The notes below the pieces were generated by a model. It saw nothing but the letters and a program-made list of their open reading frames with translations. It was not told where the DNA came from and made no database searches. From positions 1 to 30,856 of the forward strand of contig CAVOJV010000020.1 of the NCBI GenBank assembly GCA_963696325.1: DNA of 30,856 nucleotides, read 5' to 3'. The position numbers and the translations under genes are program-made. Numbering within the stretch: the first letter of the stretch is position 1; every line of letters begins with the position of its first letter. Origin of the DNA: an uncultured Gammaproteobacteria bacterium. Lineage in GTDB: Bacteria; Pseudomonadota; Gammaproteobacteria; Competibacterales; Competibacteraceae. Below are positions 25,798-30,856 of the stretch, one piece after another.

Positions 25798-27900
25798 ATG
25801 ACCGCAGCAAGACGCTGCGCCGAACTGCGCCGGCAGGCCGAAGAGATCGCCCGGGAAAAAGCGGCCCAGTCGCCGGAAAACCTCGAGGCCCTGTCGCCCG
25901 AGGAAACGCGGCAGACGCTCCACGAACTGCGGGTGCATCAGATCGAGCTGGAGATGCAGAACGAGGAGCTGCGCCGGGCGCAGGCGGAACTGGACGCCGC
26001 GCGGGCGCGCTATTTCGACCTCTACGACCTGGCGCCGGTGGGCTATTGCACCCTCAGCGAGCAGGGGCTGATCCTGGAGGCCAACCTCACCGCCGCCACC
26101 CTGCTGGGCGTGGCCCGGGGCGCGCTGGTCAAGCAGCCGATCTCCCGGTTCATCCTCAAGGAGGACCAGGACATCTACTACCTGCACCGCAAACAGCTCT
26201 TTGAGACCGGTGAGCCGCAGGCGTGCGAACTGCGGATGGTGAAAAAGGACGGCACGCGCATTCTGGGCGCATCTGGCGGCCACCGCCGCGCAGGACGCCG
26301 ACGGCGCGCCCGTGTGCCGCGTCGTGCTGAGCGACATCACCGAGACGCAAGCAGGCGGAGGACGGCGCTGCGGGAGAGCGAGGAACGGCACCGGACGCTC
26401 CTCGAGACGGCCATGGACGGCTTCTGGCTGGTGGACCGGGACGGGCGTCTGCTGGAAGTCAATGAGACCTATTGTCGGATGAGCGGCTACAGCGCGCAGG
26501 AATTGTTGGCCATGGGGCATTCACGACCTGCGAGTTCGCGAAACGGCCGACGGCGTAGCCGCTCGCATCCAGAAAATCATGGCGGAGGGCGAGGATCGTT
26601 TCGAGTCCCGGCACCGCGGCAAGGACGGGAGCATCAGTGACGTCGAAGTCAGCGTCCAGTACCACCCGTCGAAGGCGGGCGATTGGTGGCATTTCTGCGG
26701 GACATCACCGAGCGCAAGCGGGCCGAGGCGGAGCGGGAGAAGCTGCAGGCGCAGTTGAGCCAGGCCCAGAAGATGGAATCGGTGGGCCGGCTGGCCGGCG
26801 GCGTGGCCCACGACTTCAACAACATGCTGGCGGTGATCCTCGGCCACGCGGAGCTGGCCCTGGAGCAGGTGGACCCGGCGCAGCCGCTCCATGCCGACCT
26901 GCAGGAGATCCGCAAGGCCGCCGAGCGCTCCGCCGACCTCACCCGGCAACTGCTGGCCTTTGCCCGCAAGCAGACCGTCGCCCCCAAGGTGCTCGACCTG
27001 AACGAGACCGTGGCAGGGCATGCTCAAGATGCTGCGGCGGCTGATCGGCGAGGACATCGATCTCGCCTGGCTGCCGGAGGCGGACCTGTGGCCGGTCAAG
27101 ATGGACCCCTCCCAGATCGACCAGATCCTGGCCAACCTGTGCGTCAACGCCCGGGACGCCATCGCCGGCGTCGGGCAAGATCACCATCGAGACGGGCAAC
27201 ATGCGCCTTCGACGAGGCCTACTGCGCCGCATCACGCGGGTTCGTCCCCGGCGAGTACGTGCTGCTGGCCGTGAGCGACGACGGCTGCGGCATGGACAAG
27301 GAGACGCTGGCCCACCTCTTCGAGCCGTTCTTCACCACCAAGGACGTCGGCAAGGGCACCGGCCTCGGGCTGGCCACGGTCTACGGCATCGTCAAGCAGA
27401 ACGACGGCTTCATCAACGTCTACAGCGAGCCGGGCCAGGGAACGACGTTCACGATCTACCTGCCCCGGCATGCGGGCAAGGCCGGGCAGGCGCGGCCGGA
27501 AGGCGCGGCGGCGCCGGCCGCGCGCGGCCACGAGACCATCCTGCTGGTGGAGGACGAGCCGGCCATCCTGAACACTGACCACGACGATGCTCGAACGGCA
27601 GGGCTACACCGTGCTGGCCGCCAGCACGCCGGGCGAGGCCATCCGCCTGGCCCGGGAGCACGCCGGCGAGATCCACCTGCTGATGACCGACGTGGTCATG
27701 CCCGAGATGAACGGCCGGGACCTGGCCAAGAACCTGCTGTCCCTCTATCCGGACCTCAAGCGCCTGTTCATGTCCGGCTACACGGCCGACGTCATCGCCC
27801 ACCACGGCGTGCTGGACCGGGCGTGCACTTCATCCAGAAGCCGTTCTCCAAAGGGCTGGCCGCCAAGGTGCGCGAGGTGCTGGATCATGGAAAAGATTAA
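25798..27900 (+). pseudogene. PAS-PAS-HisKA-HATPase_c-REC hybrid sensor histidine kinase gene (~700 aa) with about eight frameshifts.
   Basis: The PAS N-terminus is 'LHELRVHQIELEMQNEELRRAQAELDAARARYFDLYDLAPVGY'. The second PAS is 'TLLETAMDGFWLVDRDGRLLEVNETYCRMSGYS'. HisKA is 'ESVGRLAGGVAHDFNNMLAVILGHAELAL'. HATPase is '[20 protein letters not shown]' and 'GTGLGLATVYGIVKQNDGFINVYSEPGQGTTFTIYLP'. REC is 'ILLVEDEPAIL…LLMTDVVMPEMNGRDLAKNL…LFMSGYT'. These segments alternate among the 25798, 26683, 27020 and 27587 frames. Confidence 0.7.
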
Positions 27901-28078
27901 GAATCACCATTCGGCTAACAAGACGCTGCACCGGGCGCAGGCGGAACTGAATGCCGCGCGGGCGGGGCTGGAGGCGGTTGCGGGGCAGGATGCTGATGGC
28001 CTTCGCGTGTGCCGCGCTAACGCAAGGCCAAGGAGGAACAGCTGTGTCAGGCCGATGACGAATGGCGAAAACCCTTGA
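27887..28078 (+). pseudogene. Possible truncated N-terminal remnant of another PAS sensor gene.
   Basis: 'MEKIKNHHSANKTLHRAQAELNAARAGLEAV' echoes the 'LRRAQAELDAARARY' N-terminal motif of the kinase at 25798. It is cut off after ~60 aa where it meets the LpxH-like remnant. Confidence 0.2.
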
Positions 28079-28500
28079 TCGTCGAGACACACTCCAGCAC
28101 GGACAGATGCGCATCGATCAGATCGCGTGATCCTGCCCGTAAATAGCCAAGACCCTCGACAAGCTCGCGCAGCTTGGCAGGAATGGCGCGCAAGGTGATG
28201 GAGAATAACCCGAACGGCGCTCCAGCGAATTGCCGCAGGGCATCGTCATGATTGCCGGGTATATAAATAATGCAGCGTACCTTGCTTGGCTTTCGCCAGC
28301 AGCTTCTGGATCACCGCATTGTGCGCTGGGGGCCAGTGCAGAGCCGGTACTCATACTCCATAAATCGATAATGTCCCCCACCAGGTAAAGGAATTTCGAA
28401 TCGGTGGCGTCGAGGAACTCCAAAAGCGCCTCGGCCTTGCAGTCGGACATGCCAAGGTGCACATCGGATATCCAGATGGACCTGAAACGAGCGTTTTTCA
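28045..28500 (-). pseudogene. LpxH-like calcineurin-type metallophosphoesterase remnant. It is frameshifted, and its C-terminal half is degenerate.
   Basis: 'MKNARFRSIWISDVHLGMSDCKAEALLEFLDATDSKFLYLVGDIIDLW' is in ORF 28118..28507. It continues in other frames as 'PPAHNAVIQKLLAKAKQGT' and '…IYIPGNHDDALRQFAGAPFG…'. The distal HGDxxD part expected for LpxH is missing. Confidence 0.55.
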
Positions 28501-28654
28501 TAAGCAATCACCGGGCAAGCCAGGGAAGCCAACGGCGCCCGAGGGTAGCCGGCTCCTGCTACATTTTTGGGCAGTCGAAATGACAGTTCGGGGACACGTA
28601 CGGCGCTAGATTTCCACCGCCCACTGTGTCGCCGTACTGTCACAGAACCCGCAT

Positions 28655-28900
28655 TTGCCTGAAATACACCTCGCGCAATTTGATCGGGAAGGCTGCCGTA
28701 CGCGGAGCCTGTACACTTTGCTGCAATTGATATCGGCTTTGGCTTTCTGTATTACGGCATGGGCAGGGCATTGCGCCCCAAGCACGTCCTGGTCATCGGC
28801 TCTGGTTTCGGCTTCAGGCCTCGCCCTCGGGTTGAAGGACAAGGGCAAGGGCAGGCGCACCTCGTCGATCCCTCGTTCTCGGTTCTCGAGGACGGCCCTT
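28655..28900 (+). pseudogene. Degenerate ORF alternating between two frames. It is possibly a class I SAM-dependent methyltransferase-like remnant.
   Basis: Frame c reads 'AAIDIGFGFLYYGMGRALRPKHVLVIGSGFGF' and 'VHLVDPSFSVLEDG'. The ORF-track frame reads 'GLALGLKDKGKGR' and 'ALKTIGGTGYWNDPDRL'. Joined together they read like a Gly-rich SAM-binding fold. The identification is weak. Confidence 0.2.
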
Positions 28901-29154
28901 AAAACCATCGGCGGCACGGGTTATTGGAATGATCCGGATCGGCTCCCAGGTGGACCTGACGTACCCTGGCGTGAGAACCTACATACTCGGGTACGGGCCG
29001 GCAATCAGGCACGGGCCGGCGAGACTATCCTGATCGACTGAGTGCTTCCCCGCGGGAACCCGGCGGCTCCTATTCGCGGCAGTTTCAGTATACTGAACCC
29101 AGGGCGGTCGCCTTCCGCCGCCCACGCCCTGGACGCCACTTTAGGAGGACCGCC

Positions 29155-29698
29155 ATGCTCGTCACTTGTGAACATTCCTGCTTGCTGGTCATCGATATTC
29201 AAGAACGCCTGATGGCAGCCGTTCAGGATAGCCAAACGGTTATTGCCAACAGCGCCTGGTTGCTGAAAATCGCGAGGCAACTGGAGGTGCCTATTCTGGC
29301 CTCCGAGCAATATCCCCAAGGTCTGGGACATACGGCGCCGGAACTACGAGGCCTGGTCCCGGCGGCAAGCATCATGGAAAAAACCTGCTTCTCCTGCGCC
29401 GCCGACCCGGCCTGCCTGCAGCGCATCAACGCCTGCCAGCGCGAACAGGTGATCCTGCTCAGGTGCGGAGGCGCATGTCGTGTTGCAGACCGCCCTTGGC
29501 TTGCTGGCGGTAGGCAAGGATGTCTATGTGGTGGCTGATTGCATATCATCGCGCCGGCCACGGGACATGGAATTGGCGGTCGAGCGCATGCGCACCGAGG
29601 GGGTGCGGGTGGTGAGCCGGGAGATGGTGGTGTTCGAATGGTTGCAGCAGGCCGGCACCGACCGGTTCCGCCAGATCAGCCACGAGTTCTTGCGCTAG
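29155..29698 (+). CDS. Isochorismatase-family hydrolase (YcaC-like) with one frameshift near 29465.
   Basis: 'LLVIDIQERLMAAV…EVPILASEQYPQGLGHTAPEL…EKTCFSCAADP…QREQVIL' is in ORF 29155... It continues as 'EAHVVLQTALGLLAVGKDVYVVADCISSRRPRDMELAVERMRTEGVRVVSREMVVFEWLQ' in ORF 29480... Confidence 0.7.
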
Positions 29699-29763
29699 TC
29701 GCGCCGGCACAACGCCCATTCTCCTGCCCGAGCTTTCGGGAGGGGAGCGGGCAGGCAGTCAGC

Positions 29764-30697
29764 TCACTCGAACAATCCCGCCACCGACAGGTAGCGTTCG
29801 CCGGTATCGTATGAGAACGTGAGAATCCTGCTGCCTTTCGGAAGTTCGGGCAGTTTTTTCGCGACCGCAGCCAACGAAGCTCCTGATGAAATGCCGACAA
29901 AAATTCCCTCTTCCCGGGCGGAGCGTGTTGCGTACTCAAAACGCCTCTTCCTTGGTAACCTGAATGACACCATCGAGAACGCTTTGGTGTAGATTCGCCG
30001 GGATAAACCGGCGCCGATTCCCTGAATCGGATGAAGGCCCGGGGCGCCTCCGCTAATCACCGGCGAGAGCGCAGGTTCGACTGCAAACACCTTCAACTTC
30101 GGAAATCGTTCCTTCAGAACTTCACCTACGCCCGTGATGTGTCCACCTGTTCCAACGCCTGTGATGAGCACGTCAAAACCGTTCGGAAAGTCGGCGAGTA
30201 TCTCTTTCGCAGTTGTTTCCTTGTGTACTGCGATGTTTGCCTCGTTCTCGAACTGCTGCGGCATCCAGGAATTGGGTATTTCGGCGGCGAGTTCCTGAGC
30301 CCTGGTAATCGCCCCGGACATACCCTTTTCCCGCGGGGTCAATACCAGTTCCGCGCCCAGCGCCGCCAGGTAGCGCCGGCGTTCCAGGGGACATGGATTC
30401 GGGCATGGTCAGAATCAGCCGGTAGCCCTTGGCGGCCGCCACCATGGCCAGCGCAATGCCGGTATTGCCCGAGGTGGGCTCAATGATAACGGTATCCTTG
30501 TGAATCCGGCCCTTGTGCTCCGCATCTTCAATCATTGCCAGCCCGATCCTGTCCTTGATGCTGCCGCCGGGATTGGCGCGTTCGAGCTTCATCCACACCT
30601 CAACTCGACGATTCTCAAACAGCCGGTTGATTTTGACATGGGGTGTATTGCCAATCGTTTCCAGGATATTGCGCGCTTTCATTGTCTCTTCATCCAC
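29764..30697 (-). pseudogene. cysK: Cysteine synthase (CysK/CysM, PLP-dependent) with at least three frameshifts: one near 30385 and a compensating pair at ~29998 and ~29938.
   Basis: The N-terminus '[17 protein letters not shown]…[28 protein letters not shown]…[20 protein letters not shown]' is in ORF 30173..30697. The C-terminus '[18 protein letters not shown]…[19 protein letters not shown]…GIGAG' and '…[29 protein letters not shown]…[12 protein letters not shown]' is in ORF 29764..30342. The internal 22 aa '[23 protein letters not shown]' is readable only in a third frame between ggg>gg and ttt>tttt homopolymer changes. Confidence 0.75.
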
Positions 30698-30856
30698 CCT
30701 TCATAAACATAAGGTTCACGGGAACGCCCTTTTTATCACTTTACGGCAAGCAATATAAAACTCGTAAGAATTTTAGATTTTATTTAAATAACCAATACCA
30801 CTAAACATTGTTAGCCATACTTTTATAAAGATAGTTTAAGATATTGATAGTATGCG

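Noticed and set aside
22771-26520. Long minus-strand ORFs (22771..23790, 23675..25066, 24675..25745, 25738..26520).
   Set aside because: They are antisense to the CheB-CheR and hybrid-kinase coding segments. The Arg/Gly/Asp-rich compositions have no motifs.
1-30856. CRISPR arrays, rRNA and integrons.
   Set aside because: There are no regularly spaced direct repeats with unique spacers, no rRNA-like conserved stretches and no attC-like sites. The only tandem repeats are the 12-mer at 16036 and the coding coiled-coil repeat at 24835.

Overview
This 30.9 kb window is GC-rich and looks gammaproteobacterial. Its two halves differ sharply in coding integrity.

The first ~15.8 kb is mostly intact, in order:
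- a partial, frameshifted IS66-family transposase at the left edge;
- a low-GC phasin gene with an AT-rich upstream region, which looks horizontally acquired;
- a minus-strand two-gene operon: an SPFH/Band_7_1 protein carrying two C-terminal GYF_2/DUF4339 repeats, followed by a double zinc-ribbon membrane protein (recalls B. subtilis YdjI/YdjG of the PspA operon, from memory);
- a ~557 aa SagB-type tandem nitroreductase-fold dehydrogenase;
- a CDF (CzcD-like) metal exporter with a His-rich loop;
- a minus-strand run znuC-znuB-znuA, then a ~75 aa COG0523 zinc-chaperone GTPase remnant, then sbcD-sbcC.

From ~16.1 kb to the end, almost every gene has one or more frameshifts:
- a ~4 kb secreted/membrane protein gene of unrecognised family, divergent from znuC;
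- yjbQ;
- a CheB-CheR-PAS fusion;
- a PAS-PAS-HisKA-HATPase-REC hybrid kinase;
- an LpxH-like metallophosphatase remnant;
- a degenerate methyltransferase-like ORF;
- an isochorismatase-family gene;
- cysK.
Only a small glycine-zipper membrane protein and an EamA/DMT transporter are intact in this half. Many of the frameshifts sit in short homopolymers, so I cannot separate real pseudogenisation from locally poor sequence without reads.

I found no rRNA, tRNA or CRISPR array. Candidate regulatory elements:
- a perfect 9-bp-arm palindrome in the divergent promoter at 21.16 kb;
- an AT-rich putative Zur-operator region upstream of znuC;
- a sigma70-like promoter in front of the SPFH operon;
- an 8-bp-stem GAAA hairpin upstream of the CDF gene.
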